Below, one piece after another: positions 63,809 to 64,000 of a DNA stretch of 64,000 bases. Numbering within the stretch: the stretch's first letter is position 1; the number at the start of each line of letters is the position of its first letter. The DNA comes from Podarcis cretensis. Its lineage: Eukaryota. Position numbers and translations under genes: made by a program. Under the pieces are notes generated by a model, which saw only the letters and a program-made list of their open reading frames with translations, did no database searches and had not been told where the DNA came from. The DNA is taken from contig OX638155.1 in assembly GCA_951804945.1 (NCBI GenBank), forward strand, positions 57,722,001 through 57,786,000, read 5' to 3'.

Positions 63809-64000
63809 TTATTGAAGATATCTATACTGCACTTTCAGATCAAATGACACATGGAACATTCTGAAACAGAAACCTTTATGACACCTTTGGCCTGCCAGAC
63901 GTTGTTGAACCACCAAAAGTTTTGGATGGGTGGGTGGGTTTGTTGCACCAAGATGACAGATTGCTTTGTTTCCCTTTAATTGCAAAAAACTAAATTTGTG

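Noticed and set aside
1-64000. CRISPR arrays, prokaryote-style operons or defence systems, and the remaining 60-160 aa ORFs
   Set aside because: This is vertebrate repeat-rich DNA with no repeat-spacer structure; the short ORFs have no recognisable domains or are antisense to TEs and microsatellites.

Overview
This is vertebrate genomic DNA, almost certainly from a squamate and probably a lacertid lizard, judging by Sauria SINEs with (ACCTTT)n tails, BovB, CR1 and Penelope-like fragments. I can support no host protein-coding exon, rRNA, true tRNA or CRISPR array. Every long ORF with a recognisable product is a retrotransposon ORF2 remnant (CR1 RT, CR1 endonuclease, L1 C-terminus, BovB/RTE C-terminus). 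The window looks like a large intron or gene desert with three assembly gaps. It holds many LINEs, SINEs, MITEs and LTR-like pieces, often nested and with readable target-site duplications (TSDs). Between them lie TE-free blocks rich in homeodomain/SOX/POU/FOX-type motifs that resemble conserved non-coding enhancers, most clearly at ~28.0-29.3 kb. I did not find a convincing new biological system. The best leads are: (i) the candidate enhancer blocks; (ii) three + strand splice-signal oddities, namely a 36-nt microexon candidate, an 18-nt MITE-derived microexon candidate and a possible recursive AG|GT site; (iii) an apparently still-active CR1 family with four near-identical copies; (iv) an apparent insertion hot spot inside one SINE family. 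Family names are from recall, not from a database search.
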